A DNA stretch of 62,762 nt, the filler included, from Nitrospinota bacterium (GTDB taxonomy: Bacteria > JAUXIQ01), in NCBI GenBank assembly GCA_030620925.1. It is 5 parts of 5 records of this genome, joined end to end, with 100 filler letters (N's around TTAATTAATTAA, not from the genome) between each part and the next. Parts side by side here need not be neighbours in the genome. Positions count along the whole stretch, not along the records: positions 1 to 23,220 come from JAUXIQ010000005.1; 4 more parts are not named here. One strand, written 5' to 3'. A program made the translations under genes and the position numbers. This document shows positions 9,768 through 19,271 of this stretch, piece after piece. Position 1 is the stretch's first letter. The number at the start of each line of letters is the position of its first letter. The notes beneath the pieces were generated by a model. It saw only the letters and a list, made by a program, of their open reading frames with translations, was not told the origin of the DNA and made no database searches.

Positions 9768-10348
9768 TTAGGATTTCTCTGCTGTCTACAAGTGAAGTGC
9801 GCAATAAGCTGGAGCTTTTCGAACAGTTGCGCATAGGTTTAATCGCTCTCATATTGATCATCGCGGTAATAATCTTTATGAGTTTTAGTATTAAGGGAAA
9901 GATTGAAGCAAAGGATAAGGAGCTCAAAACCCTGGAAACCGAACTCCAGAGACTTAAAAAGGCGGGTGTGGAGAAATTAGACAAGGAGCACAAGCGGAAA
10001 AAGAAAGAGTTGGAGACGAAGATCGACGTGATCTGGGACCTTAAATCAAGACAAGCCGGCCCCGTCCATCTATTAGACGGTATGAGCAGGAGCCTGCCCG
10101 AGCGGGTATGGCTGAACAGTATGGAAGAGAGCGTTAAAGGAGTTCGTATAAAAGGGTATGCTTATACTAACGTGGATGTGGCGCAGTTTATGACTAACCT
10201 TGAGCGAATGGATTATTTCAGCGATGTGGAGTTGATACAATCCGGTCAATCCAAAGTCGGGGAGCACAAGATCATGGTCTTCAGCCTTAATATGAAATAT
10301 CACGCGCCCAAGGGATGGGCGACGAAGGAAGAGCAGAAATTGAAGTAG
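9764..10348 (+). CDS. pilN: type IV pilus assembly protein PilN
   Basis: MIRISLL start, TM, coiled coil, LPERVWL, VAQFMTNLE. Confidence 0.9.
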   Translation: MIRISLLSTSEVRNKLELFEQLRIGLIALILIIAVIIFMSFSIKGKIEAKDKELKTLETELQRLKKAGVEKLDKEHKRKKKELETKIDVIWDLKSRQAGPVHLLDGMSRSLPERVWLNSMEESVKGVRIKGYAYTNVDVAQFMTNLERMDYFSDVELIQSGQSKVGEHKIMVFSLNMKYHAPKGWATKEEQKLK

Positions 10349-10413
10349 GGTTCCAAGGGGTAGTATATTGGAGAAAAGAGCCGTTCTTAAAAAAAATTTT
10401 GTAGGGTGTGAAG

Positions 10414-11034
10414 ATGAATTCACTAATTGAAAAACTTGCGGGCATTCAATCCAAACAGAGGTGGGCTCTGATACTGGGGATAATAGCGGGTATCTTCATT
10501 GCCTTTTATCTGGCGAGCTATTCAAAATCCAGAGAGGAAATGGCGGATATTGTTGCCAAAGAGGGCCAGACAAGGGGTGTTGTGCAGCGACTTCAGATGA
10601 TAGAGAAGAGGCTTCCAAAAGTTGAAGAAGAACTGGAGAAATTAAAGACGCGCCTTAAAGTATCCAAGAGCCTGCTGCCTGAAAAGAAAGAGATTCCTGC
10701 GCTGCTTACCCGGATATCACAACTGGGCAGCCAGGCTGGACTGGAGTTCACCAACTTTCAGCCTGGTCCGGAGAAGCGGCAGAATTTTTTCGCCGAAGTG
10801 CCGCTATCCATTACTGTTATGGGGGGCTATCACGAGCTCGCCAAGTTCCTGGACCATATTCGCACTCTTAGAAGAATAGTGCACGTGCGCGAATTACGGC
10901 TGGGTGGGATGCAAGAAGAAGACGGGGTGGTAATTCTGAGGGCCCAGAGCACCCTGGTCACCTATAGATTCCTCTCGCCCAAAGAGGAGCAAGAGGCGGC
11001 TCTTGCGGCCAAAAGGGCGCGTAGGAGAAGGTAA
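10414..11034 (+). CDS. pilO: type IV pilus assembly protein PilO
   Basis: LPEKKEIPALL, FFAEVP, GGYHEL..F, RIV, TYRF. Confidence 0.92.
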   Translation: MNSLIEKLAGIQSKQRWALILGIIAGIFIAFYLASYSKSREEMADIVAKEGQTRGVVQRLQMIEKRLPKVEEELEKLKTRLKVSKSLLPEKKEIPALLTRISQLGSQAGLEFTNFQPGPEKRQNFFAEVPLSITVMGGYHELAKFLDHIRTLRRIVHVRELRLGGMQEEDGVVILRAQSTLVTYRFLSPKEEQEAALAAKRARRRR

Positions 11035-11077
11035 ACCGTTTCAGCGCAGCCCTCATCGGAGAATGGGAAAGACCGCT

Positions 11078-12154
11078 ATGGAAAAACTCTCTGTTCCCCT
11101 CGGGGAGCGGAGTTACGGGATATATGTAGAGAAGGGTTTGCTGGACAGCATTCCCGCCCTGCTGGAAGAAATGTGGCGGGATGCTATGATAGTGTTGGTA
11201 ACCGACAGCCGGGTCAACACCATCTACGGGGAAAAGCTGGCCCGAAGGTTCCTCGAAGAGGGTCGAGAGGTCCAGGTTATAGAGGTGCCGGAGGGTGAGC
11301 GCTCTAAAACCCTGACCTGGGCGAAGACCATCTACGATCGTCTCATTTCTCTGCACGCTGACCGCACAACGCTCATGCTGGCTCTGGGAGGGGGCGTGGT
11401 GGGCGACCTCACAGGGTTCGCGGCGGCAACCTTTATGAGGGGCATACCTTACATCCAGATACCAACTACGCTACTGGCTCAGGTGGACAGCAGTGTAGGA
11501 GGGAAAACCGCCGTCAACCACCCCAGGGGCAAAAACATCATAGGTGCTTTCTACCAGCCTAAGGCCGTATTTATCGATACCAGCGTGCTCAGCTCTCTGC
11601 CGGAAAGAGAGTTTCTCTCCGGGATGGCTGAGGTGGTAAAATACGGAGTCATCAGAGACAGCGACTTTTTCTACTACGTCAGGGATAACCTCCATGCTAT
11701 TCTGAATAAGGAAGGGGGACCTCTGACTCAGGTAGTCATGAAGTCTTGCTCCATAAAAGCGGAGGTGGTGGCCGAAGACGAGAAGGAGACCGGTTTGAGA
11801 ACGATCCTCAACTTCGGCCACAGCGTGGGCCACGCAGTCGAATCGCTGAAGGGATATGAGGGGCTCAAGCACGGGGAATGCGTATCCATAGGCATGGCCT
11901 GTGCAGCGAGGGTATCTGTGGAGCTCGGCTTATGCCCCCGGGGAGACGCCGAAGAGCTGATCTCGCTGTTGGAATCCATGGGTCTGCCTACCAAACTTCC
12001 TGAGCTCGACCCGGAAGATGTTATTGCCGCCTTTGCACTTGACAAAAAGGTGATGTATGGGAAGATGCGGCTGGTCCTCATAGAGGGGTTGGGCAAGGTT
12101 GTGATTAAAGAGGGTGTCGGAGAGGACCTGCTGCGCAGGTGCCTCTCGGCTTGA
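11078..12154 (+). CDS. aroB: 3-dehydroquinate synthase
   Basis: GGGVVGD, PTTLLAQVDSSVGGKT, LNFGHS.GHA, HGE. Confidence 0.97.
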   Translation: MEKLSVPLGERSYGIYVEKGLLDSIPALLEEMWRDAMIVLVTDSRVNTIYGEKLARRFLEEGREVQVIEVPEGERSKTLTWAKTIYDRLISLHADRTTLMLALGGGVVGDLTGFAAATFMRGIPYIQIPTTLLAQVDSSVGGKTAVNHPRGKNIIGAFYQPKAVFIDTSVLSSLPEREFLSGMAEVVKYGVIRDSDFFYYVRDNLHAILNKEGGPLTQVVMKSCSIKAEVVAEDEKETGLRTILNFGHSVGHAVESLKGYEGLKHGECVSIGMACAARVSVELGLCPRGDAEELISLLESMGLPTKLPELDPEDVIAAFALDKKVMYGKMRLVLIEGLGKVVIKEGVGEDLLRRCLSA

Positions 12155-12180
12155 AATTCTGGTTTCATTAAACTGCCGGT

Positions 12181-13206
12181 GTGGGGCGCGAAGATTCAGT
12201 AATGGAAGTTAAAGCAGCAAACTACAGGAGCGAATACCTCGAAGGCAAGCTGAACGAAAATCCCGAATCTTATCTTTTCCTTCCTCTGGCTTATACATAC
12301 CTCACCAGCGATAGATTGGAGGAGGCTGAAGAGGTTTGCAAAGCGGGCCTTGAGAAACATCCCTATTTTACCAGCGCCAGAGTACTTCTGGGGTATGTCT
12401 ATCATCTGCTGGATAACGACCAGAAGGCGAGGGAAGAGCTTTCCATAGTCCTCAAAGAAGACCCCGGCAACCTTCTGGCCCGGCGTCTTATGGGAAAGAT
12501 ATATGTGCGGGCCGGGGATAAGGAGCAGGGCATTGAGGAATACCGCAAGGCGCTCTCCGTCTGTCCCGGTGATGAAGAAGCGACTCAGGCGCTTGAGAAG
12601 TTGGGAGCACTGACCAGGGATACACCTTCTGTTGCAGAAGGGAGGGAATCGGAAGCTGAACCATCCGATGCCCCTTCAGTTGTGCTTGAGGAGGAATCGG
12701 AAGCCGCACCGCCGGATACTCCTTCAGCCGCACCAGAGGCGGGAAGTGAGGACGAGCATTTCTATGCAAGGGCCCTGGCGGATATTTTTGTCGGTCTGGG
12801 TGCTGTAGAGGAGGCTATAGACGTTTTCTCCAAGCTTCCGGAGAAGGAAATCGGCAAGTGGCAACTGCAGGAAAAGCTGAAGGAGCTGGAGGCGCTTCTC
12901 GAGCGGGAGCGTTCTCTGGAGTCGGAGGGGGCCTCAGTTCACCCCGGAGAATCGTCTGCCTTCAGAGAGCATGTTGAACGCCTGAAGGCCGAACTGGAAG
13001 AAATACAATCGGGCCGGAGTTCTTCCATAGGCGACTCCCGCCATGGCCTGGACGCGCTGAGGGGATGGCTGGAGGCGATGGGAAAGAAGACGCCCGGTGA
13101 TGAGGGAGAGAAGGAGTATGCCCAGGATACTGATCCTCAACGGTCCCAACATGAATCTTCTGGGAACGAGGGAACCGGAGATATACGGTTCACAGACGCT
13201 GGATGA
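12181..13206 (+). CDS. tetratricopeptide repeat protein
   Basis: N-terminal TPR units, acidic low-complexity linker; the ORF overlaps aroQ by 89 bp. Confidence 0.8.
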   Translation: MGREDSVMEVKAANYRSEYLEGKLNENPESYLFLPLAYTYLTSDRLEEAEEVCKAGLEKHPYFTSARVLLGYVYHLLDNDQKAREELSIVLKEDPGNLLARRLMGKIYVRAGDKEQGIEEYRKALSVCPGDEEATQALEKLGALTRDTPSVAEGRESEAEPSDAPSVVLEEESEAAPPDTPSAAPEAGSEDEHFYARALADIFVGLGAVEEAIDVFSKLPEKEIGKWQLQEKLKELEALLERERSLESEGASVHPGESSAFREHVERLKAELEEIQSGRSSSIGDSRHGLDALRGWLEAMGKKTPGDEGEKEYAQDTDPQRSQHESSGNEGTGDIRFTDAG

Positions 13207-13570
13207 GGTAAACGCGAGGATAACGGAGCTGGCCGGAGAGCTGGGCCTGGAGGTTGAGTTCTTCCAGTCAAACCATGAAGGGGCACTGATAGATCGAATC
13301 CATGATGCCCGGGGCGATTTCGACGCCATAGTTATCAACCCCGCGGGCCTGACCACCACCAGCGTGGCCCTCAGGGACGCCATCGCCTCTGTTAAGTTGC
13401 CCGCCGTTGAGGTGCACCTTTCCAACATCCACGCCAGAGAAGAGTTCAGAAGGGAGTCCGTGCTGGCGCCCGTGGCCCTGGGGCAGATAACCGGCTTCGG
13501 AGCGGAAAGCTATCTGCTGGCCCTCAGGGCCGCCGCCGCCTACATCGAGGGGAAGGGGAAGGATGGGTGA
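13118..13570 (+). CDS. aroQ: type II 3-dehydroquinate dehydratase
   Basis: [48 protein letters not shown]. Confidence 0.97.
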   Translation: MPRILILNGPNMNLLGTREPEIYGSQTLDEVNARITELAGELGLEVEFFQSNHEGALIDRIHDARGDFDAIVINPAGLTTTSVALRDAIASVKLPAVEVHLSNIHAREEFRRESVLAPVALGQITGFGAESYLLALRAAAAYIEGKGKDG

Positions 13571-14672
13571 GGATGGCGGTCGGAAAAGGGGCGGAGGCAG
13601 CGACGCCAAAGGTAGACTCGCCGGCCTGCGCCGACTCATGAAAGGGGCCGGGCTGGACGGGCTGATGGTTACCTGTATGGAGAACGTCCGCTACCTGACA
13701 GGTTTCACAGGCTCCGCGGGCAGCGTGGTGGTGGCCCCCCGCAGAGCCTATTTTCTAACCGACGGACGCTACACCACCCAGGCCCGGGAACAGGTTAACG
13801 GATACACCGTCAGACAATACAAGGCCCCCTTGAAAGATGTTGCAGAGCTGGTGAGCTCACTGTCCATAACCAGGCTGGGCATCGAAGCCGAGCACATCTC
13901 CCAAGCCTCATACAGGGCTTTCAGGGGCGCGGTGAAAGTTCACACCGTGCGCTCCACCGGAGGATTGGTGGAGGAACTGCGTATGGTCAAAGATGGCGGT
14001 GAGATAGATGCCCTGCGGGGCGCTGCTGGTCTGGTGGAGAAGTCGCTTGAAGATGTGATGGGCTCTATAAGACCCGGGACGACTGAGTGGGAAGTAGCTG
14101 TGGAGCTGGAACATCGATTCAAGCTCTCTGGTTCTGAGAAGAACTCCTTCGATTTCATCGTGGCCAGCGGAAAGAGGGGGGCGCTCCCCCACGGGATAGC
14201 CACGGACAAGAAGGTCAGGAAGGGTGAGATGGTTACCATCGATTGCGGGGGGCGATGGAAGGGATATTACAGCGACTGTACGCGAACCTGCGTGGTGGGG
14301 AAGCCCACCGGGAGACAGCGTGAGATATATCAGATAGTACTTGAAGCACAACAGAAAGCCATCGAGGCCGTCCGCCCGGGCGTGAAGGTAGAGGATGTGG
14401 ACGCCGCTGCCAGAGAGCATATTTCGGCACAGGCTTACGGGAAATACTACACTCACAGCACGGGGCACGGGGTGGGTTTATCCGTCCACGAGGAGCCTCG
14501 TGTGGCTCAGGGTAACACGCACCGGCTCATGCAAGGCATGGTTATAACCGTGGAGCCGGGGATATATATTCCCGACTGGGGCGGCGTGCGCATAGAGGAT
14601 ATGGTCCTGGTCGCCAGGCAAGGGGCGGAGGTTTTGACCGAGGGTGTAACCAAGGATTTTTTGATAGTTTAG
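13563..14672 (+). CDS. Xaa-Pro aminopeptidase (M24B)
   Basis: [37 protein letters not shown]. Confidence 0.93.
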   Translation: MGEDGGRKRGGGSDAKGRLAGLRRLMKGAGLDGLMVTCMENVRYLTGFTGSAGSVVVAPRRAYFLTDGRYTTQAREQVNGYTVRQYKAPLKDVAELVSSLSITRLGIEAEHISQASYRAFRGAVKVHTVRSTGGLVEELRMVKDGGEIDALRGAAGLVEKSLEDVMGSIRPGTTEWEVAVELEHRFKLSGSEKNSFDFIVASGKRGALPHGIATDKKVRKGEMVTIDCGGRWKGYYSDCTRTCVVGKPTGRQREIYQIVLEAQQKAIEAVRPGVKVEDVDAAAREHISAQAYGKYYTHSTGHGVGLSVHEEPRVAQGNTHRLMQGMVITVEPGIYIPDWGGVRIEDMVLVARQGAEVLTEGVTKDFLIV

Positions 14673-14715
14673 GGGCGGAAGTGAATAGCCGCCGGCGGGA
14701 GAATGATGAGGAACC

Positions 14716-15276
14716 ATGCTTTCAACCAGCGATTTCCGCAACGGACTTAAAATAGAGATAGACGGCCAACCCTTCACCATGGTGGAGTTTCTCCATGTCA
14801 AACCGGGTAAAGGAGGGGCTTTCGTAAGGACCAAGCTTAAAAGCCTGAAAACGGGCCGTGTGCTGGAGCGCACCTTCCGCTCCGGCGAGAAGGTGGACGA
14901 ACCTCGCCTGGAAGAGAAGAAGATGCAGTATCTCTATAACAGTGAGGGGCAGTATTGTTTCATGGACAACGAAACCTTCGAGCAGGTCTTCCTCATGGAA
15001 GACCTGCTGGGGGAAAACAGGCTGTACTTACAGGAGAACGTCGATGTGACGGTGCTCTACCACGAGGGTGAGCCCATAGATGTATCCCTCCCCATTTTCG
15101 TCGAGCTCCGTGTGGTGAAAACGGAACCGGGCGTCAAGGGGGATACCGCAGTGGGGGGCTCGAAGCCGGCCACCCTGGAGACGGGGGTGTCCATAAACCT
15201 GCCTCTGTTTATCAACGAAGGTGATATAATAAAAGTCGATACCAGGGTCGGCGAATACGTGGAAAGGGCAAAATAG
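14716..15276 (+). CDS. efp: elongation factor P
   Basis: HVKPGKGGAFVR, PGVKGDT, KPATLETG. Confidence 0.98.
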   Translation: MLSTSDFRNGLKIEIDGQPFTMVEFLHVKPGKGGAFVRTKLKSLKTGRVLERTFRSGEKVDEPRLEEKKMQYLYNSEGQYCFMDNETFEQVFLMEDLLGENRLYLQENVDVTVLYHEGEPIDVSLPIFVELRVVKTEPGVKGDTAVGGSKPATLETGVSINLPLFINEGDIIKVDTRVGEYVERAK

Positions 15277-15438
15277 ATGCCACGGGGATTTTATGATTGT
15301 GAAATCCTCCCTCGGCACAATAACAGGATAGAGTGTTGATGAATTATTATCGTAGACCGGCTGGAGCCCCGATGTTCAGAAGCGGAGAGCCTGACCGGCC
15401 GGCGGTCTCCTTTTAACAATTAAGGTCATGGTGGGGTG

Positions 15439-15894
15439 ATGGATTTAGAGAAACTGAAAGAGCTCGTTGAATTCCTGGAAACAAAGGATTTCGTGGAAGT
15501 AGAGTATGAGAACGAGGGAGTGCGCCTCAGGCTGAGAAGGGCGGAAGCGGAGGCGCGCATAAATCCTGTGCCGACCGCTCAGCAAGACATGCCGGCACCC
15601 TCACCTTTTCAAAAAACTCAGCCGGAGCAGGGAGAGATTCTGGGAGAAGGGGACTACGTAACCGTGGAATCGCCCATAGTGGGAACGTTTTACAGGGCCT
15701 CGAGCCCGGAAGCCGACCCCTTCGTGGGGGATGGCGATACGGTGGAGAAAGGCCAGGTGCTGTGCATTATCGAAGCTATGAAGGTGATGAACGAGATAGA
15801 ATCTGAAGTGAAGGGTCGAGTCAAGTCTGTCCTGGTGGAGAATGGTCAACCGGTGGGCTATGGAGACCCTCTTTTCATTATAGAGCTTTCCTGA
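15439..15894 (+). CDS. accB: acetyl-CoA carboxylase biotin carboxyl carrier protein
   Basis: SPIVGTFY, EAMKVMNEI biotinylation motif. Confidence 0.96.
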   Translation: MDLEKLKELVEFLETKDFVEVEYENEGVRLRLRRAEAEARINPVPTAQQDMPAPSPFQKTQPEQGEILGEGDYVTVESPIVGTFYRASSPEADPFVGDGDTVEKGQVLCIIEAMKVMNEIESEVKGRVKSVLVENGQPVGYGDPLFIIELS

Positions 15895-15897
15895 ACC

Positions 15898-17247
15898 ATG
15901 TCTGCAGCGAAACGTAATCGGGTATTCAACAAAATCCTGGTAGCCAACCGCGGCGAAATCGCCCTGCGTATAATACGCACCTGTAAAGAGATGGGCATCG
16001 GAACGGTGTCCATATACTCCCTGCCCGATAAAGAAGCGCTTCACGTGCGTTATGCGGACGAGGCGGTTTGCGTGGGCCCCGCGGAGAGTAACCTGAGCTA
16101 CATGAATGCCAGTAACATCATCAGCGCCGCTGAAATTACCGATTGTGAAGCCATTCACCCCGGTTACGGCTTTCTGGCCGAGAATGCTGATTTCGCTGAA
16201 ATGTGCGAATCGTGCAAGATAAAATTCATCGGCCCCCCGCCGGACATCATCAGATCCATGGGAGATAAGGCCAACGCCAGGAAGATGATGTCAGAGGCGG
16301 GGGTGAAGGTGCTGCCTGGAAGCCCGGGCGGCGTTGAGGACACCGATGAACTACTGGAGACGGCGGATGATATCGGTTTCCCCCTCATCATCAAGGCAAC
16401 CGCCGGTGGAGGCGGGCGGGGGATGAGGGTATGTCATAACGCGCACAGCCTTAAGAACAATCTGGCCACCGCCCAATCAGAGGCGCAGGCGGCTTTCGGC
16501 GACCCGAGGCTCTATCTGGAAAAATACGCCTCCAGGGCCAAGCATATTGAATTTCAGATCCTGGGTGACCTGCAGGGAAATATCATTCACCTGGGCGAGC
16601 GGGATTGCACCGTGCAGCGCCGCCATCAGAAGCTCATCGAAGAGTCCCCTTCGCCGGCACTTGATGATAAACTGAGGGCTGAGATGGGTCGTGCCGCGGT
16701 GAAGGCAGCCAAAACAGTGAGTTACGTGAGCGCGGGTACCATTGAGTTTCTGCTGGACTATAAGGGTGAGTTCCATTTTCTGGAGATGAACACCCGAATC
16801 CAGGTGGAACACTCGGTTACCGAGATGGTCCTGGACGTGGACCTGGTCAAGGAACAGATCAGGGTGGCCGCCGGTGAGGAGCTGTCCCTCGACCAGCGGC
16901 ACATGGGCGCCCGGGGGCACAGCATTGAATGCCGCGTTTGCGCGGAGGATCCGGTGGACTTCGTGCCCCAGCCCGGAAAAATATCAGCCCTTCATCTGCC
17001 GGGAGGCAACGGCGTGCGTGTGGACAGCTTGTTACATACCGACTGCTATGTACTCCCTTTTTACGATTCTCTTATCGCAAAGATTATAGTAAAAGGACGG
17101 GATAGACATGAAGCCATCCAGAAAATGATCCGGGCCCTGGAAGAGACGTATATCGAGGGGATAAAGACCAACATCCCTTATCTGATGGATGTGCTGGCGG
17201 ATAAAGAGTTCGTTGCGGGGAGCCACATCGTCCAGGGTACGGCATAG
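15898..17247 (+). CDS. accC: biotin carboxylase
   Basis: KILVANRGEIA, HPGYGFLAEN, GGGGRGM, EMNTRIQVEH. Confidence 0.96.
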   Translation: MSAAKRNRVFNKILVANRGEIALRIIRTCKEMGIGTVSIYSLPDKEALHVRYADEAVCVGPAESNLSYMNASNIISAAEITDCEAIHPGYGFLAENADFAEMCESCKIKFIGPPPDIIRSMGDKANARKMMSEAGVKVLPGSPGGVEDTDELLETADDIGFPLIIKATAGGGGRGMRVCHNAHSLKNNLATAQSEAQAAFGDPRLYLEKYASRAKHIEFQILGDLQGNIIHLGERDCTVQRRHQKLIEESPSPALDDKLRAEMGRAAVKAAKTVSYVSAGTIEFLLDYKGEFHFLEMNTRIQVEHSVTEMVLDVDLVKEQIRVAAGEELSLDQRHMGARGHSIECRVCAEDPVDFVPQPGKISALHLPGGNGVRVDSLLHTDCYVLPFYDSLIAKIIVKGRDRHEAIQKMIRALEETYIEGIKTNIPYLMDVLADKEFVAGSHIVQGTA

Positions 17248-17308
17248 CAGTTGTTATTCTTACCAATGAGGTTCAAAGAGAGTGATCAATGGGATATAAA
17301 CGGAGCGG

Positions 17309-19063
17309 ATGAAAAGGATGAGTGATCGCAAGTATCAAATTTTAATAGTAGTTCTGATAGCCGTCGCCTCTGTGGTGGCGGTAATCTGGTTTGCCGGAGT
17401 CGGTTTTTTCAATAAAAAAGTTTTCACCCAGGCCGAACGGAGGGATGTTAAAGAAGATGTGAGGATAAGCGGTTCAGCCTCCGCCATTCCGCTTATGAAG
17501 ATCGTCGCTCATGAGTATATGGAAAAAAATCCCAACGTGAAGATTAAGTTTCTCCTCGAAACCCATTCCAGAGGGGGATTATCCAGCGCCTACAAAGGGG
17601 AAGTCGATTTAGGGGTACTCTCGAGGACCATTACCTCCGAGGAGGAACAGTTTAAAATGAGGTTCCTCCATTTAGCCAACGACGTGCTGGTTTTCGCCAC
17701 CCATCACTCGGTTAATGTCGACAACCTCACGAGCCGGCAGATAAAGGATATTTACTCCGGCAAGATAACTAACTGGAAGGAAGTGGGTGGGTCTGACACG
17801 AATATCGTGGTTATCGACAGGCCCGAACATACTTCACCCAAAATAACCTTAAGGGGACTGCTGTTCGGGAAAGACCTGGTTATCTCTTCAGATGTTATGT
17901 CGCTGGAGCGCCCCTGGCAGATGAATGAATCCCTCAAGACCATATCCCACTCCATCGGCTACACTTCTCTTGCGGATATAATCCGCGAGAACCTGAATTT
18001 AAATATTTTGAAGATTGACGGGGTGAGCCCCAGTCTGGCCAACGTGGAGAACCAGAAGTACAAGTATTTCAGACCTTTCGGTTTTGTGCTGAGCCCATCC
18101 CCCAGCAAGCAGACCATGCGGTTGGTCAATTTTGTCTACAGCGAAGAGGGGAGCAAGATAATAGAGAACGCCGGGTATGCGCCGGTGATCATGACGCTGG
18201 TCATAGCGACCATTCCCGAGCGAAGCGTGTTAAGGCAGGAGGAGAGATACAGGCCGTTGATACACTATTTGTATCGCAGGCTGGGCAGCCAGGTGCGCAT
18301 CAGGCTGAAGCATCTACCCAGTTATGAGCAGGTGGTTGAGGAGTTTATGGCCGGGAAGGTGAACGCCGCATTCTTAGGCAGTTTAACCTATGCGCTGGCC
18401 CAGACCAAGGTCGGCGTGACCGCCATCGCCCGACCGGAGAAAAACGGTGTTTCCCAGTACAGGGGACTCATCTTTACGCGCAAAGACAGTGGTATAAAAA
18501 GCTGGAAAGACCTTAAAGGGCGGAGTTTGGCTATGATTGAGGCTACCACTGCCGGAGAGATATTTCCCAAACTCTACTTGAAAAAGTACGGGGTGGATAA
18601 CTTAGAGGCGTTCCTTGGAGATATAGTCTACGTAGGCAGCCATGATGATGCCATCTTAAAGGTCCTTAACGGGGAAGTGGATGCCGCTGCGGCCAAGGAT
18701 TTGATCTTTTACAAGTTGGCTCAGGAAATACCCCGGCTGAAAGAGGAAATTAGCATCCTGGCCACCGGTTTCCCCGCGCCTGAGAACGCTCTTACCATAC
18801 GTAAGGATATAGACATAAAGTGTTATAACTGTCACGCTCTGCGAACCGGTCAACAGTCGGAAGGGAAGATATTTCATAGAGGAAGGTGGGACGGGCTGGA
18901 AAACAGTCTGCGAAGAGCATTATTGGACCTCAACGATACGGAAGAAGGAAGGGCGGTCCTGGAACAGTTCGGCGCTGACCGATTTGTGAAGACCACCGAC
19001 GAGGACTATCGCGAACTCTATGAGAGTCTAAAAAAGTTGGGGATCGATTTAAACCGCAACTGA
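17309..19063 (+). CDS. membrane-anchored fusion of a PstS-like binding domain and a PhnD-like binding domain with a CxxCH motif
   Basis: N-terminal TM; DIYSGKITNWKEVGG.D (PstS-like); Y.GLIFTRKDSGI, GSHDDAI..V..GEVDA (PhnD-like); KCYNCH at 18818-18835. Confidence 0.8.
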   Translation: MKRMSDRKYQILIVVLIAVASVVAVIWFAGVGFFNKKVFTQAERRDVKEDVRISGSASAIPLMKIVAHEYMEKNPNVKIKFLLETHSRGGLSSAYKGEVDLGVLSRTITSEEEQFKMRFLHLANDVLVFATHHSVNVDNLTSRQIKDIYSGKITNWKEVGGSDTNIVVIDRPEHTSPKITLRGLLFGKDLVISSDVMSLERPWQMNESLKTISHSIGYTSLADIIRENLNLNILKIDGVSPSLANVENQKYKYFRPFGFVLSPSPSKQTMRLVNFVYSEEGSKIIENAGYAPVIMTLVIATIPERSVLRQEERYRPLIHYLYRRLGSQVRIRLKHLPSYEQVVEEFMAGKVNAAFLGSLTYALAQTKVGVTAIARPEKNGVSQYRGLIFTRKDSGIKSWKDLKGRSLAMIEATTAGEIFPKLYLKKYGVDNLEAFLGDIVYVGSHDDAILKVLNGEVDAAAAKDLIFYKLAQEIPRLKEEISILATGFPAPENALTIRKDIDIKCYNCHALRTGQQSEGKIFHRGRWDGLENSLRRALLDLNDTEEGRAVLEQFGADRFVKTTDEDYRELYESLKKLGIDLNRN

Positions 19064-19271
19064 TCGAGAATTGACCTTTTCACAGGGTTGTGCACCTGCC
19101 CGGGGTATCGGGCGGGTTATAGAGGCGTTCCAGTGAGGCGGGGCGAGGATTGCCTCTGCTCCGGATTATATCAAGGTTAAGGGGTCTGGGAAGGAATCCG
19201 CTCGCCGGAGTCTAATCATACCCATGATGGTGGAGCGGGGGTATTCACATTAAGTTCTGCGGTGAGAATCG

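Noticed and set aside
15350-15415. Structured RNA between efp and accB
   Set aside because: GC-rich pairing is possible but no recognisable family motif was found.
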